Of a stretch of 64,000 bases of DNA, positions 9,944 through 18,957 are shown piece after piece. Origin of the DNA: Alphaproteobacteria bacterium. Lineage in GTDB: Bacteria; Pseudomonadota; Alphaproteobacteria; TMED109. How positions within the stretch are numbered: the first letter of the stretch is position 1; every line of letters starts with the position of its first letter. The stretch spans positions 23,272 to 87,271 of the forward strand of contig JAJEGJ010000052.1 of NCBI GenBank assembly GCA_022819905.1, in the 5' to 3' direction. The position numbers and the translations under genes are program-made. The notes under the pieces are model-generated. The model was not told the origin of the DNA. It searched no databases and was given only the letters and a program-made list of their open reading frames with translations.

Positions 9944-10680
9944 GTTCCAAGTGCAGCGCGTTGCGCCGCGAACAGCTCTTCCGCTCCCCCGCGCGCGAAC
10001 CCCAGCATCGTCTGGAACGCCTCCATGCTGAACGGCGCGCCCTCGGCGGTTCCCTGGACCTCGACGATGCCGCCGTCGGCGGAGAACACGAAGTTCGCAT
10101 CCGCGTCGGCATGCTGGTCTTCGGCGTAATCGAGATCCAGCACGACCTGGTCCCTCCAGATGCCCGCGCTGACGGCGGCGACCTGGCCGGTCAGCGGCGG
10201 CACCCCTTCCTCCAGGCGATCCCCGAGGACAGCGATCGCCTGGCGCAATGCCACCCAGCCCCCGGTCACGGCAGCCGTGCGGGTGCCGCCGTCGGCTTGC
10301 ACGACATCGCAGTCGATCCGGATCTGCCGTGGCCCGAGGGCGGTGAGGTCGACGACGGCGCGAAGACTCCTGCCGATCAACCGCTGAATTTCCTGCGTCC
10401 GGCCGGTCTGCCTGCCCCGCGCCGCCTCGCGGTCGGTGCGCGTCAGCGTGGAACGCGGGAGCATGCCGTACTCGGCGGTCACCCAGCCCCGATTCTGGCC
10501 CCGCAGCCAAGGCGGCACCCGCTCCTCCACTGACGCGGTGCACAGGACGTGCGTATCCCCGAATTTCGCCAGGCAGGAACCTTCCGCGTACTTGGCCACA
10601 CCGGGCTCCAGCACGATCGGACGCAAGGCGTCGGCGGCGCGGCCTGAGGGACGGGAAACCGGGCAAGTGGACAAGGGCAC
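9940..10680 (-). CDS. rph: Ribonuclease PH
   Basis: [13 protein letters not shown]...[14 protein letters not shown]...[14 protein letters not shown]...[15 protein letters not shown] is the RNase PH signature. The start is taken as GTG 10680, with TTG 10674 as an alternative. The longer track ORF is a spurious extension. Confidence 0.9.
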   Translation of the reverse strand: MPLSTCPVSRPSGRAADALRPIVLEPGVAKYAEGSCLAKFGDTHVLCTASVEERVPPWLRGQNRGWVTAEYGMLPRSTLTRTDREAARGRQTGRTQEIQRLIGRSLRAVVDLTALGPRQIRIDCDVVQADGGTRTAAVTGGWVALRQAIAVLGDRLEEGVPPLTGQVAAVSAGIWRDQVVLDLDYAEDQHADADANFVFSADGGIVEVQGTAEGAPFSMEAFQTMLGFARGGAEELFAAQRAALGT

Positions 10681-10751
10681 CTCGCAGAACGCGCTCGCGG
10701 CCGACCGGATCGCAATCGTACTCGAATCCGGACCGGATTCTGCCGGGTGCG

Positions 10752-12854
10752 TCATTCTCGGCGGCGAATGCGCGCGGCGAAGAACCCGTCCACGCCTCCG
10801 GCGTCGGCCAGGTGGCAAGGCAGCGTCCGCAGGTACCCGTCGTCCGTCACGAAACTGTCCGGAAGGCCTTCGGTCGCGGCATCGACCGCTACCAGCTCGG
10901 CAGCCTGGTTGCGGCCGAGGAGACCCTGCACGCGGTTTTCGCCCTCCTCGCGTTCCAGCGAGCACACGGTGTAGACCACCTGTCCGCCCGGACGAACCAG
11001 CTGGAGGGCACGGTCGAGCAACCCGTCCTGCAACGGGTTGAGGGCCCGGAAGTCGCCGGCCGTGCGTTGCCAGAGAATGTCGGGCCGGCGGCGGATCGTG
11101 CCGGTGGCCGTACACGGGGCGTCGACGAGCACGGCGTCGAAACTACGTCCGCTCTCCCAGCTGGTCGCGTCCGCGACCACCGATTCGGCTGCCAGCCGGG
11201 TGCGCGCAAGGTTGGCCGCCAGGCGCCGCATCCTGGCTTCGGAGACGTCCACCGCGGTCACCCGGGCCCCACGCGCGGCCATCTGCAGGGTCTTGCCGCC
11301 CGGCGCGGCACACAGATCGGCAACGTCCCGCCCGTCGATGTCCCCCAGCAGGCGGACGGGAAGCTGCGCCGCCGCATCCTGCACCCACCACGCGCCCTCA
11401 CGGAACCCGGCCAGCGCGGCGACATCGCCGGACGCCTTCACCCGGATGCCGCCGTCCAGCACCACGGTTCCATCGAGCTTTGCCGCCCAGGCTTCCGGGT
11501 CCGTCTTCGGGCACAGATCGAGGACGGGTTCCCGCAGGTGCGCGTCGGCGATTCGGGCCGTCGTCGCCGGCCCGTAGGCGCGCAGCCACGACTGCCACAG
11601 CCAGTCCGGAGTGTTCAGACGCCCGGCATCCTGGCTCTGGCAGATCGTCGCGCCACGGTTGGCGATGCCGCGCAGGACGGCGTTGACGAGGCCGCGCCAG
11701 GACCGGCCAGGCCCGCGGATCAGCAGCTCCATCGAGGTGGAGACCGCCGCGTAGGCCGGAACCCGAAGAAACAGCAGCTGGGCGGCCCCGATCAGGAGCA
11801 GCAGCCAAGCGTGCCGGGCGGCCGGCGGCAGCGGACGTTCCAGAAATTCTGCGATGGTGGCGTCGATTTGGCCGCGGCGCCGCAACGCGGTCGTGATCAG
11901 CGCGCGGGCGAACGCCCGGTCACGATCGTCGAGGCCGGGCAGCAGGGTCGACGCTGCCAGCGCCTCCTGCAGCGCCACATTCCGGAACAGCACGGACGCC
12001 AGGACTGCCGCCGCGGCCTGCCGAGCCCGCAGCAGCTGCTTCGGATCCCCGGATGATCCGGACTTCTGACCGTGGCGGCGCCCGTCCGACCTGCCGGGGG
12101 GGGACCCGGGTGTTCGTGCTGGCCGACGGGGGAACTTTGCCGTCGCCTCGTGTCCCGGTCGGCCCGGCGGGCCTTGCCGTGTTCGATCGCCGGGCGCCCG
12201 GCGCGGGCGGCCAGCGGCAGTCTGCCGACCACCCTCGTCCCGCCGCCGGTCGCGCTCGGGGCGGCGGCGCTCCCTGTCGACGCCGGTGCGTGCGGTGCGC
12301 GCCGGTGGATGGGCGGCCGCTTCCCCGTCGGTCTGCCGGTGCCTGCCGCCCGGATGCCCGGCATCCTGCCGGCGGGCGGGCGGGCGGGCTCCGGGTGCAT
12401 CGGCTCGCTGCTTGTTCCCCCAGGCGCGCCGGGGCGGCCCGGCGTCGCCGGCGCGGCGTGGAGGGCCGGTCCTTCGCCCGCCCGGGCCGCCGGCGTCGCG
12501 CTTGGGCCGGGACCGAGCCGCGTCGGGCTGCTTGCCCGGGGCGTCCCGTGGCGGACCCTTGGCCCGCCGCACCGCCCGATCGGTGTTACTTGACCGGTCC
12601 CGACCGGGCGCCCGCTCGGCGTGCCGTCCGCGACCGCGGCGGGAACCGGCCGCAGCGCCCGCGGAGTCGCGAGGTCCGGATCCGCGTTGCGGCTTGCGGT
12701 TGCCGTTCCGAGGTTGGTGAGCGGATGTCGGTCGCGCCATCTTGGGCGAACGCTTGGCCTGCGCCTTGCGCCCCGCCTGATCCCCTGAACGGCCGTCGCG
12801 GCGCCGGCCGGCAGCTTCTGCGTCCGAAGGGGGACGCGGTACATGCTTTGGCAT
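10752..12854 (-). CDS. rsmB: 16S rRNA (cytosine967-C5)-methyltransferase RsmB/Sun with a long basic N-terminal extension
   Basis: The C-terminal ~440 aa contain a NusB-like domain and a SAM methyltransferase domain ([41 protein letters not shown]). The frame stays open upstream to ATG 12854, which has AAGGG 8 nt upstream. No ATG/GTG/TTG lies near the start of the core domain. Confidence 0.85.
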   Translation of the reverse strand: MPKHVPRPPSDAEAAGRRRDGRSGDQAGRKAQAKRSPKMARPTSAHQPRNGNRKPQRGSGPRDSAGAAAGSRRGRGRHAERAPGRDRSSNTDRAVRRAKGPPRDAPGKQPDAARSRPKRDAGGPGGRRTGPPRRAGDAGPPRRAWGNKQRADAPGARPPARRQDAGHPGGRHRQTDGEAAAHPPARTARTGVDRERRRPERDRRRDEGGRQTAAGRPRRAPGDRTRQGPPGRPGHEATAKFPRRPARTPGSPPGRSDGRRHGQKSGSSGDPKQLLRARQAAAAVLASVLFRNVALQEALAASTLLPGLDDRDRAFARALITTALRRRGQIDATIAEFLERPLPPAARHAWLLLLIGAAQLLFLRVPAYAAVSTSMELLIRGPGRSWRGLVNAVLRGIANRGATICQSQDAGRLNTPDWLWQSWLRAYGPATTARIADAHLREPVLDLCPKTDPEAWAAKLDGTVVLDGGIRVKASGDVAALAGFREGAWWVQDAAAQLPVRLLGDIDGRDVADLCAAPGGKTLQMAARGARVTAVDVSEARMRRLAANLARTRLAAESVVADATSWESGRSFDAVLVDAPCTATGTIRRRPDILWQRTAGDFRALNPLQDGLLDRALQLVRPGGQVVYTVCSLEREEGENRVQGLLGRNQAAELVAVDAATEGLPDSFVTDDGYLRTLPCHLADAGGVDGFFAARIRRRE

Positions 12855-12975
12855 GGCAGAGCCCTTAACCGCGTCTCACCTTAGGGTAGCATGCGCCGTC
12901 GGGTCGATCGGCGGCGGGCTCGCCGACGGCACCTACACCCCCCCGCAGCGGCTGCCGATCGGAGCGCCGGCAACG

Positions 12976-14217
12976 ATGAATCTCGGCCTGGCACGACTGC
13001 TCACGCTGGCGTGCACCGCGTACCTGCTCTCGCAGTTCTACCGCTCATCGGTGGGCGTGCTGGCGCCGGACCTGATGAGCCGGCTGTCGCTCACGCCGGA
13101 GGAACTTGGCCGCCTGGGAGGGATTTTCTTTCTCGCGTTCGCATGCGCGCAGCTGCCGCTCGGCGTGCTGCTCGACCGGTACGGACCCCGCAAGACAACC
13201 TCCCTCGTGCTGGTGGGAGCGGCGCTGGGGGCATTCCTGTTCGCCACCTTCACGGAATTCTCCGGCCTGTTGGCCGGGCGCGCCCTGATGGGAGCAGGCT
13301 GCTCGGTCGGACTGATGGGATCGCTGGTCCTGTTCTCCCGGTGGGTGTCGTCGCGCCGGTTCGCGACCATGGCCGGGCTCGTCCTCGGGGTCGGCGGTTT
13401 CGGCGGCATCCTCGCCACCACACCGCTTGCAGCCGCCTCCGCCTGGGTGGGCTGGCAGGGCGTCTTCATCGGCATGGGCGCCATCACGCTCGTGGTGGCG
13501 ATGGTCTTCTGGCTGACCGTCCGTGATACGCCGGACGGCACGCCATTTCAGAAGACTCGAATCGGCGGCCGGGAGGACAACGTGCTGCGGGGGTTTCTGG
13601 AGATCCTCACCACGCGCGATCTGTGGTTCATGTTGCCGATTTCGTTCGTCGGGTACGGCGGCCTGCTGGCGATCCTCGGCCTCTGGGGGGCACCCTACCT
13701 GAAGGACGTACAGGGCCTGGACGACATCGACCGGGGGAACGTGCTGCTCGCCACCGCCGCCGCCTGGAACGTCGGCTGCATCCTGTTTGGCCGCGCGGAC
13801 CGGCTGTTCGACACCCGAAAATGGACGGCGGTCGCGGGTTGTTGCGGCCTCGCGCTGGTGATCTCGGTCATTGCCGTGGTCCCCCCGGTACCGCTGTGGA
13901 TCAATCTCGTGCTGTTCGGGGTGCTGGGGCTGGTCGGCGCATTCAGTGTCCTCCTGCTTGCCCACTACCGCGCCCTGTTCCCGGTCAGGCTGGTGGGCCG
14001 GGCGCTCACCTTCACGAATTTCTTCAATTTCGGCGGCGTCTTCGTGCTGCAGTGGACGACCGGCCTCGTGCTGTCCAGCCGGGGCGGCACCGCGTCGGGC
14101 GCGCCGCCGGAGGCCTATACCACGGCCTTCCTGATGATCGCCGTCGTCCTGGCGCTGGCGACGTTCGCCTACCTGTTCGCACGCGACTACCGGCCTAGCT
14201 CGGAGATTCCCGGATGA
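12976..14217 (+). CDS. MFS transporter
   Basis: The ATG at 12976 (MNLGLARLLTLACTAYLL...) gives 413 aa with about 12 hydrophobic helices. The GVLLDRYGPRK loop is typical of MFS motif A. Confidence 0.82.
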   Translation: MNLGLARLLTLACTAYLLSQFYRSSVGVLAPDLMSRLSLTPEELGRLGGIFFLAFACAQLPLGVLLDRYGPRKTTSLVLVGAALGAFLFATFTEFSGLLAGRALMGAGCSVGLMGSLVLFSRWVSSRRFATMAGLVLGVGGFGGILATTPLAAASAWVGWQGVFIGMGAITLVVAMVFWLTVRDTPDGTPFQKTRIGGREDNVLRGFLEILTTRDLWFMLPISFVGYGGLLAILGLWGAPYLKDVQGLDDIDRGNVLLATAAAWNVGCILFGRADRLFDTRKWTAVAGCCGLALVISVIAVVPPVPLWINLVLFGVLGLVGAFSVLLLAHYRALFPVRLVGRALTFTNFFNFGGVFVLQWTTGLVLSSRGGTASGAPPEAYTTAFLMIAVVLALATFAYLFARDYRPSSEIPG

Positions 14218-14257
14218 TCAGCGAACGCCGGGCAATTCGCCTACAGTAGCCCGCGTC

Positions 14258-15049
14258 ATGAACCCGCCCCCCGCCAACGCCCTCGTGACCGGCCAGCGCA
14301 TTCTGGTCAGTGCCGCGGCTGCCGGCATCGGCCGCGTCATCGCCGAGACGCTGCACCGGCACGGTGCACGGGTGCATGCCTGCGACATCGACGAGGCGGC
14401 CTGTGCGGCGTTCCGTGCCGCCAATCCGGACATTTCGATGGCGCGCTGCGATGTCGCCGACGCCGACCAGGCGCTCGAGTGGGTGGAAGACGGCATCGCC
14501 CGCCTGGGTGGACTCGACGGACTGGTGAACAACGCGGGCATCGGCGGCCCGACCGGGCGGATCGAGGACCTGGACCCCGCCGACTGGAAACGCACGATCG
14601 ACGTGGACCTGAACGGGATGTTCTACGTGACCCGGGGAGCCGTGCCCGCGCTGCGTGAGTCCCGCGACGGGTCCGTGGTCAATCTCTCCTCGCTCGCGGG
14701 CAAGTTCGGGTTTGCGGGCCGGACCCCGTACGCCGCCGCCAAGTGGGCCGTTGTCGGGTTCACCAAGTCGTTGGCGCGCGAACTGGGCGACGCCGGCGTT
14801 CGCGTCAACGCCATCCAGCCGGGCAACGTCGAGGGGCCGCGGATCGATCGGGTGATCGCCGCCAAGGCCGAACTCCGCGGCGAGGCTCCGGAGGCCCTGC
14901 GGGAACGGGTCTGCGAGACGATCTCGCTCGGCCGGTTTGTCGCGGCGCAGGACATCGCGGATACGGCGCTGTTCCTGATGTCCCCGCTGGCCCGCAATGT
15001 CTCCGGACAGATCATCGCCGTTGACGGCGACACGCAGATGCTGCTCTGA
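14258..15049 (+). CDS. Short-chain dehydrogenase/reductase (SDR)
   Basis: 263-aa ORF. It has a Rossmann segment (VSAAAAGIGRVIA), NNAG, and a YAAAK catalytic Tyr/Lys motif. Confidence 0.88.
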   Translation: MNPPPANALVTGQRILVSAAAAGIGRVIAETLHRHGARVHACDIDEAACAAFRAANPDISMARCDVADADQALEWVEDGIARLGGLDGLVNNAGIGGPTGRIEDLDPADWKRTIDVDLNGMFYVTRGAVPALRESRDGSVVNLSSLAGKFGFAGRTPYAAAKWAVVGFTKSLARELGDAGVRVNAIQPGNVEGPRIDRVIAAKAELRGEAPEALRERVCETISLGRFVAAQDIADTALFLMSPLARNVSGQIIAVDGDTQMLL

Positions 15050-15052
15050 GTC

Positions 15053-16009
15053 ATGCAGGAACGACCCGTGATCGCAGTCATCGGCAGCGGCCTGGTGGGG
15101 CGCGGCTGGGCGGTCGTGTTTGCCAGGGCCGGCTGCTCGGTCAGGCTGTGGGACACCCAGCCCGACCAGGCCGACAAGGCCGTGCGCGGAATCGCGGGCG
15201 AGCTGGACGGACTGGCGGAACTCGGACTGGCCGGCGAGGACCCGCCGTCCGAAGTGCTCGGTCGGATTGCGGTCGCGTCAACCCTGGAGGCGGCGCTCGA
15301 CGGGGCGGCCCACGTGCAGGAATGCACGCCCGAGGTCCTGGCGACGAAGCAGGCCGTCTTTGCCCAGCTCGACGCGGCGGCAGATCGAGACACCGTGCTC
15401 GCCAGCTCGACGTCAGGCATCCGGGCCTCGCTGTTCTCGGAGTCGCTGACGGGGCGGAGCCGCTGTCTGGTTGCCCATCCCCTGAATCCCCCGCATCTCA
15501 TCCCGCTGGTCGAACTCGTGCCCGCGCCGTGGACCGATCCTGCCGTCGTCGAGCGGACCCGCGTGCTGATGGAGGGAGTCGGGCAGGCGACGGTCACCCT
15601 GAAGAAGGAGGTGCCCGGGTTCGTCGTGAATCGCTTGCAGGGGGCCTTGCTGCACGAGGCGTTTCGGCTGGTCGAGGACGGGGTCGCCGACGTGGCCGAC
15701 GTGGACGCGGCGGTGGAGTCGGGGTTGGGCCTGCGCTGGTCGTTCATGGGGCCCTTCGAAACCATCGACCTCAATGCGCCTGGCGGGATCGCCGACTACG
15801 TCGCCCGCTACGGCCAGCTGTACCTCGACCTCGCGCGCGACGGCGGCCCGCCGCGGCCCTGGGAAGCCGAGCTCGCCCGCAGCTTGGAGACCGACCGGCG
15901 CAAACACCTGCCGGCCAGCCGGCTTGACGAGCGCGCACAATGGCGTGATCGGCGACTGGCGTTGCTCGTGGCCCACAAGCTGCGGCACGCGCCGGATCAC
16001 GACACCTGA
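15053..16009 (+). CDS. 3-hydroxyacyl-CoA dehydrogenase-family enzyme, lambda-crystallin / L-gulonate 3-dehydrogenase-like
   Basis: 318-aa ORF. VIGSGLVGRGWAVVFA, HVQECTPEVLATKQAVFAQLD, VAHPLNPPHLIPLVELVP and the C-terminal AQWRDRRL closely parallel what I recall of CRYL1/LcdH-type beta-hydroxyacid dehydrogenases. Confidence 0.8.
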   Translation: MQERPVIAVIGSGLVGRGWAVVFARAGCSVRLWDTQPDQADKAVRGIAGELDGLAELGLAGEDPPSEVLGRIAVASTLEAALDGAAHVQECTPEVLATKQAVFAQLDAAADRDTVLASSTSGIRASLFSESLTGRSRCLVAHPLNPPHLIPLVELVPAPWTDPAVVERTRVLMEGVGQATVTLKKEVPGFVVNRLQGALLHEAFRLVEDGVADVADVDAAVESGLGLRWSFMGPFETIDLNAPGGIADYVARYGQLYLDLARDGGPPRPWEAELARSLETDRRKHLPASRLDERAQWRDRRLALLVAHKLRHAPDHDT

Positions 16010-16024
16010 ACGGAGACCACGAAC

Positions 16025-16999
16025 ATGGCCACGTCCGCTCCTCCGCCCCCTGAAGCCGCACCGCCGGGACGCCCCCGGCGCAAGGTCATCGTGACCTGCG
16101 CGGTGACCGGCGCCATCCACACGCCGTCGATGTCGCCGCATCTCCCGGTGACGCCGGACGAGATCGCGACGCAGGCCATCGATGCGGCAGCGGCCGGCGC
16201 CTCGATCATCCACCTCCACGCGCGCCAGGCAGACGACGGGCGCCCGACGCAGGATCCGGAGGTGTTCCGCCAGTTTCTCCCGAGGATCAAGCAGAGCTGC
16301 AACGCCGTCGTGAACATCACGACGGGCGGCGCGCCGCGGATGCCGGTAGCGGAACGCATGCGGCCGGCGGTCGAATTCGCGCCGGAAGTCGCGTCCTTGA
16401 ACATGGGCTCGATGAATTTCGGCCTGTTTCCGATGCTGAAGCGCTACGACACCTTCGAGCACGCGTGGGAGCGGGATGCCTTGGAATCGAGCCGCAGCAA
16501 CGTGTTCCAGAACAGCTTCGAGGACATCGAGAACATTCTCCGCGCCTGCAGCGGGAACGGGACGCGCTTCGAGTTTGAGTGCTACGACACGAGCCACCTG
16601 TACAACCTGTCGTACTTCCTGGACGAAGGGCTCGTGCAGCCCCCACTGTTCATCCAGACCGTGTTCGGGATCTTCGGCGGCATCGGGACCCACCCTGAAG
16701 ACATCGCCCACATGAAGCGGACGGCCGACCGGCTGTTCGGTGACGTTTGGCGCTGGTCCGTGCTGGGTGCGGGCGCCCAGCAGATGCGGGTGGCGGCCTT
16801 TGCCGCCGCGCAGGGCGGCAACGTCCGGGTCGGACTGGAAGACTCGTTGTGGGACGGCCCGGGCCAGCTGGCCGAGAGCAACGCCGCCCAGGTCACCCGC
16901 GTGCGCAAGATCCTGGAGGGCCTGTCGCTTGACACCGCCACGCCGGACGAAGCGCGTGCCATGCTGTCGCTCAAGGGCGGCGACACCGTCCGATTCTGA
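16025..16999 (+). CDS. BKACE-family beta-keto acid cleavage enzyme (3-keto-5-aminohexanoate cleavage enzyme family, DUF849)
   Basis: 324-aa ORF. KVIVTCAVTGAIHTPSMSPHLPVTPDEIA...ASIIHLHAR...VVNITTGG is characteristic of the BKACE TIM barrel. Confidence 0.85.
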   Translation: MATSAPPPPEAAPPGRPRRKVIVTCAVTGAIHTPSMSPHLPVTPDEIATQAIDAAAAGASIIHLHARQADDGRPTQDPEVFRQFLPRIKQSCNAVVNITTGGAPRMPVAERMRPAVEFAPEVASLNMGSMNFGLFPMLKRYDTFEHAWERDALESSRSNVFQNSFEDIENILRACSGNGTRFEFECYDTSHLYNLSYFLDEGLVQPPLFIQTVFGIFGGIGTHPEDIAHMKRTADRLFGDVWRWSVLGAGAQQMRVAAFAAAQGGNVRVGLEDSLWDGPGQLAESNAAQVTRVRKILEGLSLDTATPDEARAMLSLKGGDTVRF

Positions 17000-17033
17000 T
17001 TCGATCCGCCCCGTGGCCTGAGGAGACCCGCCC

Positions 17034-18158
17034 ATGAAATGCCGCGCCGCCGTTCTGCACAACATGGGGGAGCCGCGTCCGTACGCGGAGACCAAACCGG
17101 TCAAGATCGAGGAAATCGAACTTCATGACCCGGGCCCCGGCGAGGTCCTGGTCCGGATGGCCTCGGCAGGACTGTGCCACTCCGATCTGTCGATCGTGAA
17201 CGGGTCCAGGCCGCGCGAAATGCCGATAGTGCTCGGCCACGAGGGATCGGGAATCATCGAGGCGGTCGGGCCGGGCGTCGACGAGCTCCGCGTGGGCGAT
17301 CACGTGGTGTACGTGTTCGTCCCGAGCTGCGGGCATTGCGTGCCGTGCGCCGAGGGGCGCCCGGCGCTATGCGAACCGGGGGCCAAGGCGGCGGCGGCCG
17401 GGACCCTGCTGTCGGGGGAACGGCGGATCAAGCTCAACGGGGAACCCGTCAACCACCAGGTCGGCGTATCGTGCTTCGCGGAGTACGCGGTGTCCAGCAC
17501 CCGTTCACTGGTCCGCGTCAACCCCGACATTCCTCTTGACCAGGCTGCGCTGTTCGGATGCGCCGTGATTACCGGCATGGGCGCGGTCGTCAACACCGCG
17601 AAGGTGCGCCCCGGCGCCGTGGTGGCCGTGATCGGCCTCGGCGGGACCGGCCTCGCGGCCGTCCTCGGCGCCCGCGCCGCGGGCGCCAGCCGGGTCATCG
17701 GCCTTGACCTGCTCGACAGCAAGCTCGAATCGGGCCGCCAGATCGGTGTCGACGACGCCGTGAACGCCGGCGACCCCGACGTCATCGAGACCGTGCGCGA
17801 GATGACGGCGGGCGGCGTCGAGTACGCCTTCGAGTGCGTGGGCTCGGCCAGGGCGATGGAACTCGCCTACGCGATCACCCGGCGCGGCGGCACCACGACC
17901 ACCAGCGGCCTGCCGCCCCCGGACGCGAAGATCGCCGTGCCGCACGTGCAACTCGTCGCCGAGGAGCGGACCGTCAAGGGAAGCTACCTCGGATCCTGCA
18001 TTCCGCGGCGCGACATTCCTGCCTACATCGAGCTCTTTCGGGCGGGCCGACTGCCGATCGACCGGCTGGTCAGCGACCACCTTCCGCTCGACAAGGTCAA
18101 CGAGGGCTTCGATCGCCTTGACGACGGCGATACGATTCGGCAAATGATCGCGTTCTGA
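17034..18158 (+). CDS. Zinc-dependent alcohol dehydrogenase (medium-chain dehydrogenase/reductase family)
   Basis: 374-aa ORF. GLCHSDL, GHEGSGIIEAVG, the structural Zn cysteines CGHCVPCAEG and the GLGGTGLAA Rossmann motif are present. Confidence 0.88.
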   Translation: MKCRAAVLHNMGEPRPYAETKPVKIEEIELHDPGPGEVLVRMASAGLCHSDLSIVNGSRPREMPIVLGHEGSGIIEAVGPGVDELRVGDHVVYVFVPSCGHCVPCAEGRPALCEPGAKAAAAGTLLSGERRIKLNGEPVNHQVGVSCFAEYAVSSTRSLVRVNPDIPLDQAALFGCAVITGMGAVVNTAKVRPGAVVAVIGLGGTGLAAVLGARAAGASRVIGLDLLDSKLESGRQIGVDDAVNAGDPDVIETVREMTAGGVEYAFECVGSARAMELAYAITRRGGTTTTSGLPPPDAKIAVPHVQLVAEERTVKGSYLGSCIPRRDIPAYIELFRAGRLPIDRLVSDHLPLDKVNEGFDRLDDGDTIRQMIAF

Positions 18159-18177
18159 TCAGGACACCGGAGCCGTC

Positions 18178-18927
18178 ATGCGGAGTTCCCACAACACCGA
18201 ACGGGCAGCCCGGGTGGATCTGGCCGCCGCGTATCGGCTGGCCGACCATTACGGGCTGTCGGAGGGCATTTGCAACCACCTGACCCTGGCCGTGCCCGAC
18301 GAGGAAGACCGCTACCTGCTGATCCCGTTCGGCATGCACTGGTCCGAGGTCACGGCCAGTTCGCTACTGGTCGTCGACGGGGACGGGAACGTCGTCGACG
18401 GGGACGGCATCGCCGAGCCCACCGCGTTTCTGATTCATGGGGCCGTGCACCGCGCGCGGCCGGACGCCGCCTGCGTGATGCACACGCACATGCGCGCGGC
18501 GCTCGCGCTCTGCATGATCGATGACGGCGGGTTGCACATGGCCGACCAGAATGCCTGCCGGTTCTTCGGCCGCACCGCGACCATGACCGACTTTGACGGG
18601 GTGGTGCTGGACGAGGTCAAGGCCGCCCCGATCGTCGACGCGATCGGCGACTGCAACGTGCTCTTCATGGCAAACCACGGCGTCCTCGTGACCGGCCGGA
18701 CGGTCGCGCGCGCCTGGGAGGACCTGTACTTCCTGGAGCGGGCATGCGCCGCGCAAGTCGCGGCGATGTCGACCGGGAGGCCGCTCAAGCGGGTGCCGGA
18801 TTCGGATGCTGCCGCGATCGCCGCGGACGTGGCCCGCGAGGCCGAATCGGGCCTCTGCACGGCGGACACGTTCTTCAGCGCGTCGAAACGACTGCTGGAT
18901 CGTTGCAACCCGGGATATGACGCCTGA
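18178..18927 (+). CDS. Class II aldolase/adducin-family protein
   Basis: 249-aa ORF. AAAYRLADHYGLSEGICNHLT...AACVMHTHM...VLFMANHGVLVTG follows the class II aldolase / adducin-head pattern. Confidence 0.8.
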   Translation: MRSSHNTERAARVDLAAAYRLADHYGLSEGICNHLTLAVPDEEDRYLLIPFGMHWSEVTASSLLVVDGDGNVVDGDGIAEPTAFLIHGAVHRARPDAACVMHTHMRAALALCMIDDGGLHMADQNACRFFGRTATMTDFDGVVLDEVKAAPIVDAIGDCNVLFMANHGVLVTGRTVARAWEDLYFLERACAAQVAAMSTGRPLKRVPDSDAAAIAADVAREAESGLCTADTFFSASKRLLDRCNPGYDA

Positions 18928-18957
18928 CCGACCGCACCCTGCGGACATCCGTCGCCG

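Noticed and set aside
9944-10666. N-terminal 240 aa of track ORF 9332..10666, which would make a 444-aa RdgB
   Set aside because: That part lies out of frame over the well-supported rph gene and is Arg-rich nonsense. The RdgB homology starts at the GTG at 9943, which overlaps the rph stop.
11897-12844. 315-aa alternative-frame ORF on the same strand as the rsmB N-terminal extension
   Set aside because: It runs out of frame into the conserved RsmB core and ends there, so it cannot be an independent gene. It is kept only as a caveat for the homopolymer tract discussed in the rsmB finding.
15413-17104. 563-aa minus-strand ORF across the dehydrogenase and BKACE genes. Similar long antisense ORFs occur at 10812-12056, 19807-21027, 37469-39133, 45852-46982, 48635-49939 and 58018-59274.
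   Set aside because: Each lies opposite a gene with clear family motifs. They have no motifs of their own and show typical high-GC antisense composition.
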